This document shows positions 12,594 through 24,600 of a stretch of 64,000 nucleotides of DNA, piece by piece (position 1 is the first letter of the stretch; each line of letters starts with the position of its first letter). Origin of the DNA: Asterias rubens (Eukaryota); contig NC_047071.1 in assembly GCF_902459465.1 (NCBI RefSeq), positions 3,100,001 through 3,164,000 on the forward strand, read 5' to 3'. A program made the translations under genes and the position numbers. The notes under the pieces were generated by a model. It saw only the letters and a program-made list of their open reading frames with translations, ran no database searches and was not told where the DNA came from.

Positions 12594-13520
12594 TTAAAGG
12601 CACAGGGGTAGATATATCACAAAGAGTTAAGACTAATCTTATCTCGAGTTAGGACGGTCCTACTAAGGACTATAGCAATAAGTTTTAATATCTCCTGGTA
12701 CTGGTCCTAAGTTAGGACCAGTCCTAGTCTTTGTAAAATTGACCCCTGGACACGTTTGAGTATTGTCAAAGACCAGTATTCTCACTTGGTGTATCCCAAA
12801 ATGGGCATCAAATAACAAACTGTGAAAATATTGGCTCAATTGAAAATCGAAGTTGCAAGAAAATAATGGGGAAACCCCCCCCCCCAAAAAAAAAAAACCA
12901 AACATACAAACAAAACAACCTTTTTGCACAAATTGTGTTTCCAGATACCTGAGAAAGCCTTTTTCAGATTTAATTTAATGAGAAATTACCCCTCTCTCAA
13001 AAACTACGTTACTTTATTAGAGGGAGTGGTTTCTCATAATGTTTAAAGGCAGTGGACACTATTGGTAATTGTCAAAGACTAGCCTTCACAGTTGGTGTAT
13101 CTCAACATATACATAAGATAACAAACCTGTGAAAATTTGAGCTCAATTGGTCATCGAAGTTGTAAGATAACAATGAAAGAAAACAACACCCTTGTCACAC
13201 GAAGTTGTGTGCGTTTAGATGGTTGATTTCGAGACCTCAAGTTCTCAACCTGAGGTCTCGAAATCAAATTCGTGGAAAATTACTTCTATCTCGAAAACTA
13301 TGGCACTTCAGAGGGAGCCGTTTCTCACAGTGTTTTATGCCATCAACCTCTCCCCATTACTCGTCACCAAGAGAGGTTTTATGCCGAACAATTATTTTGA
13401 GTAATTACCAATAGTGTCCACTGCCTTTAAACCATATACAGCTCTTCGTTGATCGTTACCAAGTAGGTTTTTATGCTAATATATTTCGAGTATTTACCAA
13501 ACGTATCCAGTGCCTTTAAA
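12594..13520. mobile_element. Nested MITE stack: Kolobok/T2-type host with a Harbinger-type insert (12606-12745) and a second Kolobok-type copy (13047-13426)
   Basis: Host termini ttaa|aggca...gacac and gtatccagtgcct|ttaa. The inner copy has TIR aggcagtggacactattggtaatt and TTAA on both sides (13043-13046, 13427-13430). Confidence 0.85.
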
Positions 13521-16500
13521 GTGGGCAAGCAATTGAAAGGAATAACAACTATGTTTTAAAAGGTATAAATAGTCAGGTATGGACAGTTTCGAAGCTAAAA
13601 TATGTCTATTTTAAGGGGCTTATTTGTGTCTATCCAGCTGAGTCTGTCTGGACATGCTTTGGGGATGGTTGCTTGGAGGACATACTTGTCAAAGGAAAAT
13701 CCAAGCTCTTGAACTTAATATGAATATTCATTATTTCCCTTTTTTGCATATTATTATCTCATATAGTGCCATAACCCAGTGGGCGTGATTGCAGAGTCAA
13801 ATGCATTAAATCCAGTAATACCTGATCCAGGTTTGTATGGTTTCTAAGTATGTAGAACCTCCTGTGTCAGAATTGACCCACATCATATGTCCTATATGGG
13901 GTCCTTCCTTATAATCTAGGTCAAGCTGACCCATAAAACTGGTTTAAAACGGGACCGTGTCTGTGACAGTTTGACAGGGAGCGTATAAGTTGTTTCACAA
14001 AAGTTATGAGTGAGTATTTCACTCCAGTTCCACATCAAGCACAGTATCATTGGTCACTTATTGTCATATTATGTAAGTAGGTCAAAAGAAATCATCAACG
14101 GTAAGATAACAAAATGGCAAACTCGTGAAAAAGACTCAAGAAAAGAACAGAAAAGAAGTAAAGAAAACACAACTGCAGGACAAAATCCCATCAGCTCCCT
14201 TTCTGCATATATCCCTTTCTTCTAGTCTTATGGACATAAATAGCATACTCATTCTTGTAACTTTGTGCCGCGCCTGGCTATTGTATGACTGCCACATGGC
14301 TGTTTCGTTTCGTTGCCAAAACGTCAAAAGTTGTGGTGCAAAGTGGCAGCTTGCGTTTCCGTTTACTTGTTTCGGTTTCAAGTTCAACGAGTAATTTAAA
14401 ACAAATATGTGGAGGTTAAATGCGTCTATTCCTCCTTTTCCAACCATCAACTCATTCATAATTATTGCCTTAGACGTACAAAAATACTTTGAACTCCGAG
14501 AAAACCGGAAAACATCGATTGGTGACGTCACAACTTAGTGACGTCAAGATGTAATTCGGGGCTACGTCTGAGTCGGACCAGCGGGGGGCACAAATGTACA
14601 GAATGCTGTAGAAGAGGTCCACATTAGACTTTCTGTTATTATCCAATTTGTGTGTGGTTGATGCGCTGCATACCGAAGAATTTATACTGTGACCTCCACT
14701 GGTTTGTATGCACCCTCAATGGATATCGCTTTTAAACGCAGTCATGTTTCATTGAGAATTAACAATTACTTAAACTAAAGAACACAATATAAATGTGCTT
14801 CCTGTTTTTGTAAAATTTAACACTTGAAATAAATTCAATAATAAAAGTATAACCCCTTGCCAAATCAAAGATATTAACTGAAGAACAAACCGTCAAGCTT
14901 GCAGTTATTTTGTATTAAAAGTACCCCCCCCACGTATACGTAAGTTTCAATAGGCTAAACCAGTAAAACAAATTCTTTGAGAGTCCGTCATTGTAATTTG
15001 ATAAAAATACAGGCAGTAAAATGAACGCAGTATAGTCTGGACCCAGTTTTGGGCGGCTGCTACCGGTACCAAAAAACTGCTTTGCACGCAGCGAAGAATA
15101 TTATTTGCCAGCAGACAAAAGTGACATTGCAACCTTTTGATGTTTGCGACGTGGTGGACGTGCATGCAGTCGACTCTACTCTAAAAGTGTGATTAACTAT
15201 TTGAAGTGTGAAGATGTTTTTATGTAATTCACCGAATACACTTTGCAGAACTCGATTTTATTCGTGGTTTTTGTCTTGAATTTGGTAACTTGTTTTTAAT
15301 TGATGACTTCTATAACTGCATTTGTACAACTGGGAACTCCTGCCTCGTTTCGGCTCAACACTCTTATCATGAAGTGACGATGATCACAGTTCTGAAGCTA
15401 GGCCTAACACTAAAAACGAAATCCAAACCCAAACAAATCCACCAATCATTTTACCGTCTTTGCAATATGGTACTAATTTTCAGAAAAGCAGTTCATACAG
15501 GCTCATCAGTTTCGGCCTATACTCGTTAAAGTGTACACTGTTTGAATACTGATGCGCACATTGAAGCTCTCGTAATTTAAGATGTCTTTTCTAGATACAA
15601 TGACCGTTGTTGCTCCCTTGTATTTTGAATACAAAGACTACACAGAAATAAAAATGACAACCTGCGATCTTGAAACTTCCACGTCTCATGTAATGTAATA
15701 CTTGAATTGGAACATGAGGACAAAATCCTTGATCTGGTATAGTTACAATGGTTTATTGGCCAAAATAACACGCACATGCCACAACTGAAAGTACTTCATC
15801 TAATATGACACGTACCTTTGTTACCGTTCAACCTTTTGCAATGTCCCCCGGACAGCTTTCCATAGTTTTGAGTTATCAGAGGAAACAATCGTGTCCCATT
15901 TTGAGGTCCTCGGGGCAGATTTATTTTTGACATTGAGGCGGTCCATCCATCTGTCTCCGGGAGAAAAAAAGCGGACAGAGCGGAAACGCCCAATTTGACA
16001 TGCCGTCTGTCCGCGCTCCAGACAGGGCGGCGCTCTGGTCACTGCTCCGGCTATACCCCTCATCCCCATTATGGCATCTCTCAAAGGAAACAAACACTGG
16101 TAGAGAAAACTCAGTGCCGATTGGGCCAACCTTGGCACAGCATGAAATGACTCCGTAAATGATGGCGGGTCTGTTTACTCGAACTTCATGTCAAAACAAA
16201 CTAATCGTGACGTCACGTGTCAGTTAAAAGTGACAATCGGAACTTGTTAATCTGACAACAATTGGAACGGCACGGGATACGTCTTAATAATATTTTCGGC
16301 CTAATATAATACATTGGGCTTTTCCTTTTTTTTTTAAAGCATGTGTAAATGTCTCAAAAAGGTTTTTGTTTATTAGTTTTTCAAGGGTAAAAAATCCTAA
16401 GAAATTTGGCAAAGGTATACCTATACGCAAACTTCCTTATTGTCTGAACAGCTATATTATCGTCTGGATACCAGACGTTTGTTTTTAGTATTGTTAACTT

Positions 16501-17257
16501 GAAAGCGTACACTATAACAATGTTTAAGTTTAAAAAGATGTTTCATGAGAATAGGAATGACAGTGTGCACATTCAGAACAATTAACCCTAGATATGTTGC
16601 ATTTATTATTCTTTCTTCATCCTTTATCTGAAAAAGCCTCAAATATCCTAGATAACTTTTAAGTCAAAAATGAAGACTTGTTAACCCCCAAAAAATTTGG
16701 TACAAATTTGTTGTCTGAGACTTTACAGGTAAGTGCGAACACTGAATCGCTTGTAAATTATCCAAAATGGACAGCTACACTGTCAGGGGGTAAAGCCCTA
16801 TTATTAAGGTAAATCAACAAAAATTGCTTTAAGTGTCCATTCAAGTATCGAGTGTTCTTTTTGGCAATCGCCTCAGGAACCAAAACGCTCAAATAAAATA
16901 GACGGCCAATCAACAATGTAGCGTCACAAAACTGTAAAATATAAATAGATTGCACTAATGCGAAAATAGTTCCACTGTAATGAAATACTGCTCAAATAAT
17001 GCTCGACCATGGGAGGATTAGCAACAGCCTCCCCGCCTCGACAGGAATTCAAATACGGCAGCCAAATGTCAGTCTAAAGCGGAAATATTTGACTTTTTTT
17101 GGAACAAAATCCTTGGAACGCATACCTATGCGTCTCTTGTGACGTAGACTCGACTCAAGTCCCAATCCCGTTTGTTTTCATTCCCCATCGCCTAATCGTC
17201 AGAAAACTCTCCCAACATGTGCCACAACAGCTGCAGTTTGACGGCGGATAAGCTAAG

Positions 17258-17563
17258 GGACCCCGCACGCGACCGGGACTTGAATCAAGTCTATTGACGT
17301 GGCATGTCAAGGTGCTCACTGCTTCCATAAGATGGTAGAAAAGTGGAGAAGAAAATGAACAGAGGAAGGAAACAAAAACAGATATGACGAAAGGCACTTT
17401 GACGGCGGATATGCTTAAGGACCCTCACACTAGAACGGGACTTGAATCAAGTCTACTGGTGACGTGGCATGTCAAATTGGTGCTCACTGCTGCCACAAAA
17501 AGGTAGAAAATGGAGACGAAAAGGAAAAAAAAAAAAAGAAAACCCAGCTATGACGAAATGCAC
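17258..17563. repeat. Local tandem duplication (about 140 and 165 bp units) carrying TGACGTGGCA sites
   Basis: Both units start tttgacggcggata, contain gggacttgaatcaagtcta and tgacgtggcatgtcaa, and end atgacgaaa(g/t)gcac. Confidence 0.85.
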
Positions 17564-19434
17564 CTGGGTCCATCGTGGTTAGTCGCTGTGGGTGACTCTG
17601 TGAGATTGGAGAATATTCGAGGAGTTCACTGAACAACATCTGTCTATTTGAGTTACGTGTTACGAGCAGAGACGGGTTCGTGGGGAATTCACCTGATAAT
17701 CATGTGTTTGTGACTGTTTGAAACCACCATGTTTTTAAGTCGTACACTTGCAGAAAACACCGTGTGTGTGACTTTTTTTAAAGTCACTTAAAAGTGTCTC
17801 CTGTGTATTTTAGTCTCTTTAATTGAATCTTGGAGCTGCCACACCTCGAGTATTGTCTAATCGTGCAATAACATTATTCCAAAGGCTGCGTTGTGATTAG
17901 AAGAATCTCAGGAATTGCAAGACTTTGGCGTTCAACAACTTCAAAGTGAACAGCTATTTTATCACTGAAAGCAACTTTTTTTAAACAAAAATTTTCGTTC
18001 ATTTTGGTGTTCGCTTGATAGACCATAAACACGATACGATTAGTTTAGATTAGATTAGATTAGCTATACATTTTTGAAGAGACCAATTCCTTCCAACTGT
18101 CTGATTGGGAGACCATCAAAGAACAACCTGTGGATTTTGTCTATTACTATTTTATAAAACACAAAAGGCCTAACGGCTTAGGCTATACGTTTGTCAATTA
18201 GTTATGATATGTCCTTTCATGTACGTTTATTTCGACTTTTAAAAAAAACGTGGAACGAAGCGCCTGTTTGTGACATCAAAACAATTTCAGGACACAATAA
18301 AAATTGACAGTGTTTCGGTGAAAATTTACCCTGACCCCGGTGCTGTCATGATCTTGAGAGCTTTCAGATGGAATTAAGTTGGGTTTTTTTGTTTTGTCAA
18401 AGCTATGGATAACAATGTTATAATTCGAAATGAATTGTCATTTCATTTTACATGTATTCTAATTGTGAAGCCAATGACTCCGTCACTGTACTAGCCAAAA
18501 TCAAATGGTGAGAAGACAATGAAGAAAATCACCATTGACAGAAGGGGTTTTCAATCTGTTGAATCCTTGGTTATGGCTCCAGATGCAGAGTACACGTACA
18601 ACACACACTCATAATTAAAATTGGGTCAACCTCCCTATTTCTCTCAGACAATGAGCTAGCATGGTGACTTTACAGACTCGATCGAGATTGTTCTTGGCAG
18701 GGAGCCCACCTTGACATCAAAAAGACCACAGCTTTTAGTATGCGCGGACTCCCCTTGTCAATTGCCAGCTTTGTTTTCTGTCTCGACAGGTGTTGGAGGT
18801 ATGAACAAGCAACCCCCTTTGTCAATCAAACCAAACCGCACTGGATAGTGTATCAAATCACTTTGGGGAACTAGACCACTTGAAAAGAGGCTACGTCATC
18901 AGGTAACTGGACTAAAGAGAGTCGATTTTTGGTCGATTATAATTTTATCCCTTTTAGCGTCATGTTATCAGACATTATGGCTTGCCTTCAAAATAAAGAA
19001 GAGCAAGTGGAAATATCGAAAGAGGGCGCTCTACGTGTTAAAAAAAACTCCCCATCGAATTTACCACTTAACTGTCCTTGTGGTTGTTTTATAAATTGTT
19101 TAATAATTTAATATTAAACGCCCAAATTCAAAACCAAGTGAAGCTTTTGATTATATTGTTCGCTCGAAGGGAGTGTCGAAACAACCAAATACACTGGAAT
19201 TTATTTACACAAAGTGACAGTGGTTTGGTACAATGATTTAAAATTTTTATGATTATGTAGAATTGATAATGAATATAATTATGATAAGCCTTTCATTTTT
19301 CTCACCACGACTTGAGGAGCCTCAGAAACACTTGATAGGTATGCATTTCACTTTAGGCTTCCATTCTCTGCTTAGGCATATGCGAGTAGTGTTAAGCCGA
19401 ATAAGAACAGCACTATGTATTTGGGTTTGAACTA

Positions 19435-19570
19435 TCGGCAGGAGGTTTTGTATCCCATACGGCGAAGCGTGTACAGACTTCTTCTGGTAGCGCCCTCTTT
19501 TGAGATATCCTCCTTAGCCCACTCCGTTAATTTCCCAAAAATTATAGAGGACAGAATCTCCAGCGTGACA
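19435..19570 (+). mobile_element. MITE family carrying gcgccctcttttga (copies at 21881-22030, 24275-24340, 39965-40137, 62125-62230)
   Basis: Shared core agcgccctcttttgag...cctcc..agcccatgtt and inverted ends resembling caggagattctgtcc/ggacagaatctcc. Confidence 0.7.
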
Positions 19571-20899
19571 GCTTTCCCAGGGACATACGTCTCACATTGG
19601 ATGAGTTCAAAGTCAGGGCCCTGAGAAAAACACACCGAGTAGTCAAGGAGGAAAAAATATTAGGTGTACCGGCATAAGGTTACCAACAAAAATACCATGT
19701 CACATGTACAATACGTAACTGGTATTCTGCATATTTTTGCTTAGCAGAAACGTTTTAAGCAATATTTTCTGCTCGAGACCGTCAAAACTACTGCAGCAAA
19801 TGAATAACGAGACAGTGTGAATTAATGTCACTCTTTGAAACACGAAACTCATTGCTAAAGATATAACTTTTATTGCTAAATCTGAAAAGTATACATGTAT
19901 TATGAGAATGGAAGTTTCAGGTCATGTACAATGCAACCATGAAAACTTAAATAATCATCTCAATAGTTACATTTTTATTTCTCTTGAAATGAAATTCAAG
20001 CCGTTAAAAACTCAAAACAAGCTCCACTATATAAAAACTATTTAATTTTCGGATATGTAATCGGTATTTTGGTTAAAACATCCTCGACACCATTAAAAAG
20101 TGGGTTGATACACTAACCAAGTCAAGTTTTGAAGTAAACTTCTATTTAATTTCAATAAATATTATTAACCTCCTAACTGAAAGAAAGACTAACGTTTAAA
20201 ATTCAAATTTGTGTTTAAAAATTTGGTAAAAGTATCAGCAGCGTCACCATCACGGAGAATCATGTCCACGAGTTCAATGGCCTTGCTTGCTATCTTTAAT
20301 AAATATAGCCCCATATGTTTTGCATGACCAACATTCGGTGGGGCCTACTTTATGAAAACGCTATACTGGTGAGTAATATATCTTTATGTGCTTACTATTA
20401 AAGCAGAAACCTGTTCGAAATCAACTGACCAAAAAGGGTATTTTAATGAAAATTCTCAAAGCTTGGATAAAATGGGACTCTCTATATACAAACCTTTTGT
20501 TATCAATAGTCAGAAAGATAAATTAACAAATAAATAATACACCTTTCCAATAAATATGTAACTATAATATATCAAGGTAAAAAGTACATATACTTTATGG
20601 AGGGAAAAAATATCAGAGCGGGTGTTTACCAATGGACTAAAACACCGTGTTCGAATTAGCGGCTATAGCTTCGGATGTGGCTTGATCGCCATTGTTGGCA
20701 TGCTTTGACGCATGTAGGAAGCCCGTATAGCCACATCCATTAGCAACAGCCATAGCCAGTTGCTATTTTGGACACGGCCTTATAATAGGGAGTATTCTAA
20801 ACAATGAATTCACTTTCTTATAAGGCAATTGACAGGTTTGGTATCTATCTATATTCCAATCAGTACATCCCTCCAGAGGAGAATTGTTGTACTTGGTTT

Positions 20900-21592
20900 T
20901 TGTCAAACACCAGTTCATAATTGATGTATCCCATTATGCATAAAATAACTAACCTGTGAAACTAGTGACTCAATTGGTCATTGAAATTGCAAGAAGAAGA
21001 TGAAAGAAGTACACCCTTGTTCCTCAAGTTTGTGTGCTTTCAGAAGCCAGAAAAAGGCTTCAGGTCTGAAGTCTTCCCCAGTTTCAAACATTTGAGTGAG
21101 AAATTACCTCTCATTTAAATCTACGTTTCTCCAGAGGGAGTCGCTTTTCACAATGTTTTATACTATCAACAGCTCTCCATTGCTCGTTACTATGAGTAAT
21201 TACCGAACGTTTCCAGGACGGATTTCACAAGGAGTTAAGACTAGTCCTATCTCGAGTTGTGCCTATAGACGATGTAACCTATGTTTACATTCAAACCGCC
21301 CTCTGTTGAAAAAACACTGTATACGTCATGTTTCGCCGGGCAAAAAGACACGTCGTCATGGTAAGATTGCATACACTTTCTAGCTCTCTGCCAAAAACAC
21401 AAAGGTTTTGCCCGGCGGTGTGCGCGCGAATCATGTAATAGTTTTCGTGTGACGTCAGAGGTCGCATCGTCTATAGGACGAATTAATACTCGTCCTGATT
21501 TAGGACGAGTATTAAGTTTTTTAATAACTCCTAACGAGTCCTAGGACTAGTCCAAAAGTTAGGACTATCTTTCTAGACCCCAGTGCCTTTAA
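20900..21592. mobile_element. Nested MITE stack: Kolobok-type host, Harbinger-type insert (21217-21580, CAG TSD) and TA-type insert (21262-21477)
   Basis: The host 3' TIR gtttc-CAG-tgcct|ttaa is split by the insert, with CAG at 21214-21216 and 21581-21583. The innermost TIR is cctatagacgatgtaacc/ggtcgcatcgtctatagg. Confidence 0.8.
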
Positions 21593-21620
21593 TATTTGGC
21601 AGTTAGGCTTGCGTACTTAA

Positions 21621-24600
21621 CTAGACGGTTGTTGACTTTTCTATAGCCGACTGGCGGTGTGTTTGTACGGTAGACGTTGATCGGTAGAAGGTGTAGAATG
21701 GCGTGAAGACCAACTTGCCGAAGACGTACTCATTATCGTGTTCGTCTCGGATCTCTTTTTGGATACCGAACGCTGCCTCGTACGACGGTGGGGGCGCTGT
21801 TTCAAAATGAGAGGAGACGACAAAGGTACATTCTTTTGAACAAAAAAGTGAAAGTTTCTGTATATGACTGTCCATAATGTGACAGGAGATTCTGTCCTCC
21901 GGATATTCTGTCGCCCCCCCCCCCCATACGGCGAACTGTGTACAAACTTTTTTCTTACAGCGCCCTCTTTTGAGTCATCCTCCTCCAGCCCATGTTTAAT
22001 TTCCCGTAGGGGACATGTCCTGGGAAATTGTTTTCTCTAAACAAAGTTCCATGTTCAAGTAAACTGTCTCTTTAAAACTTAAAACTTTCTATACAATGCA
22101 TACTATATCAAATAAATATCATAAAAACGTTTCTCGCTGTCAGACTTTTATCTCATCCAATTATTTGCATGCACAGGGCTGTCTACATGTATGTGTTCAC
22201 TCTTCCCTTCACGACACACTCGGTTTTACATTTCGATTTATTCTCAACAATGTCACGAGGAATGATTGCTCTGTTTCCAAACCCATATTTTATCCATGAC
22301 ACAAAGTTGACAATGCACAACGCACAACTCTTGGCCAATGACAAGTTTTCCTTTTAACCTCAATGAGGGCGCTGTTTTAGCTTGTGATATCATAATTATT
22401 GTAGAATATTGTATTAAGACAAAATAATGACAAACCTCCAGAGGAGCCGGGCTGGTCAGACGACAGACTGTCGTAGCAATGGCCCTTCAGTGGAATAGTG
22501 CCTATGATGATCTCCAACATAATATCCACGTCAAAAGGTGTACTCGCTACATCGGCAGTAAACTTTAACGAGAAAAATGACTCATTAAATATTAGACAGT
22601 GATGAACACTTCAAAACATGTATGGTGACAATAAACGCTTAAAAAACATTTGGGCTAAACTTTACTTCCATTGTTTTCCTAACAAAAAAAGCACAAGGTA
22701 TAAAGATAATTGAAAAATATTTGAACAGCATGGGCTGTTGCGATAATCTAAATATTTTTGTGATCACCTTAACGTAGTATCGTATGTCAATGAAGTTACA
22801 CCCTTGTAGATTGCATGGTGGCAGTGGTGGGATGACCATTGGTTTTCTGTCCCAGTGAGCTGTGCCATAAGAACCACAGGCTTCTGTGACGACACTGGTT
22901 ACCACATGAGATGTCGTACGGTACCCAGGCGACCCTACACCATCCCGCCTTGCATAATAGTTAACCGACTATTAAAGAGTGAGAAGAGAAAATGGTGAAC
23001 GCAAACTAATGATGACCAATGAGTTAACTCTGTTAGTCGATTGTAAAAAAAGTTGTCAAAAAGAACAACCCATAATGCAATTGGTTATCAATCAGGTGTT
23101 ATTGGCTAAGTTGTGAAAAGAAAAATACATAATGCAATTGGTAATCAATAAAAAGGTACAAGTTATGGAGAGAACAATTACAGCATAATGCAGTTGAATA
23201 TCAATACAGTCTTATATGGATAATTGACTGTTGAACAGAAGTTGCGAGAGAAATGAACAATAATCAAACAAATAATTTTCAATAATTTGGGTTTAACTGA
23301 TATCCCTGACTCTATTATAGCAGAACGTGGGAGACAAATAGGCTACGGAATGGCCATACAGATTTTATCAATATTGCTGTACTATTAATTATTACGAGAG
23401 ATTGTGCGGTATCCAGGCGATATACACCATCCTGCCTTGTATAATTATTAGGCCTAATTACTGACTATAAACAGTGAGAAAAGTATAATAGTAAGCACAA
23501 ACTAATGCAAACAATGTGTTCATTGTTTCTCAATATAAGTAATCAATATTGTCAAACCAAAGTTGGGAAGAAAAAAAAAACAATAGTTAAAAGCAATCAA
23601 TAAAGTGGTATTTATTCGACAGTTAAACAGAAGTCATAAAAAAGCAATATAGTCAATGGAAATGATGAGCAATATTATTATAAGTTAACTGATTTTCTTG
23701 CGCCCGCAACAAACCGTCAGAAACGCGCAGACAAAATATGCTCAGGTCACAACAACTGAGAAATCGTCAAGCCTTCGATTGGTTGAAATTTGAAATTGTT
23801 CTACTTTGCGACTGTAATTTTTTTTTCTCGAGCGGCGACTGTTTCAGATTGTCTTCAAACAATCATCGCAGTTACGCTCAGGTCGTAAATAATCGCCGAC
23901 TGAAATGTTCCCCATGGTCGTAACGGCTCAGGCGCAGTGTGATCCGGAAAATCAGTCGCCGACTTAACTGTTTTTTTGTTGACGCAAGGTCGACCGAAGC
24001 CAATTTAATGTTAACTGACTCCACAGCACACGTGGGAGAAGAGGGGAGCTCCATAACTGTCATACAGTAACTGTGTATGCCGGAGCTGATTAGGTGCAAC
24101 ACACCTTTATCAAGGTTACAGGATCAACTGACAGGGTAAATTAAAGTAATGTGATTTGCCCATTAGTTGTTTAAAGGGGAATGCAAAGCAACACTATATA
24201 GCATAATTAAACTTCTCATTATTGCACAGCCAACATGAAGCTAACAAGAGGGAAAACAGGTATGAACAGTTATCATGGGCTGGGGGAGTAGATTTCAAAA
24301 GAGGGCGCTATCAGAAGAAGAGAGGAGAATCTTCTGCCACAACGGAATCCCGGTCAATTTGTGACCGTTTTGTTTTGGTTTTTTTTTTGGATTGCTGGGA
24401 ACGCGACAAAGATAGTAGCGTTTATACGATTAGGTAAACTAAAGACAAGTTGGACAGTCATTGCCTGAACATCATGTGCACATACTTTTATTACACAGTG
24501 AATAAAACAACATAAACGTACGCTGCATGCAACCGGTCAAAAGTGCAAGCTGACACTACATTACCTCGGACCAATCATACCACATGAAAGGCTTACGTCA

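Noticed and set aside
17260-17460. tRNA-like gattcaagtcccgg on the minus strand
   Set aside because: There is no T-stem pairing, anticodon arm or acceptor stem.
9700-21600. An additional protein-coding gene between TSP and ARRDC
   Set aside because: I found no phase-consistent exon chain or recognisable domain; the short ORFs map to repeats or look random. A lncRNA cannot be excluded.
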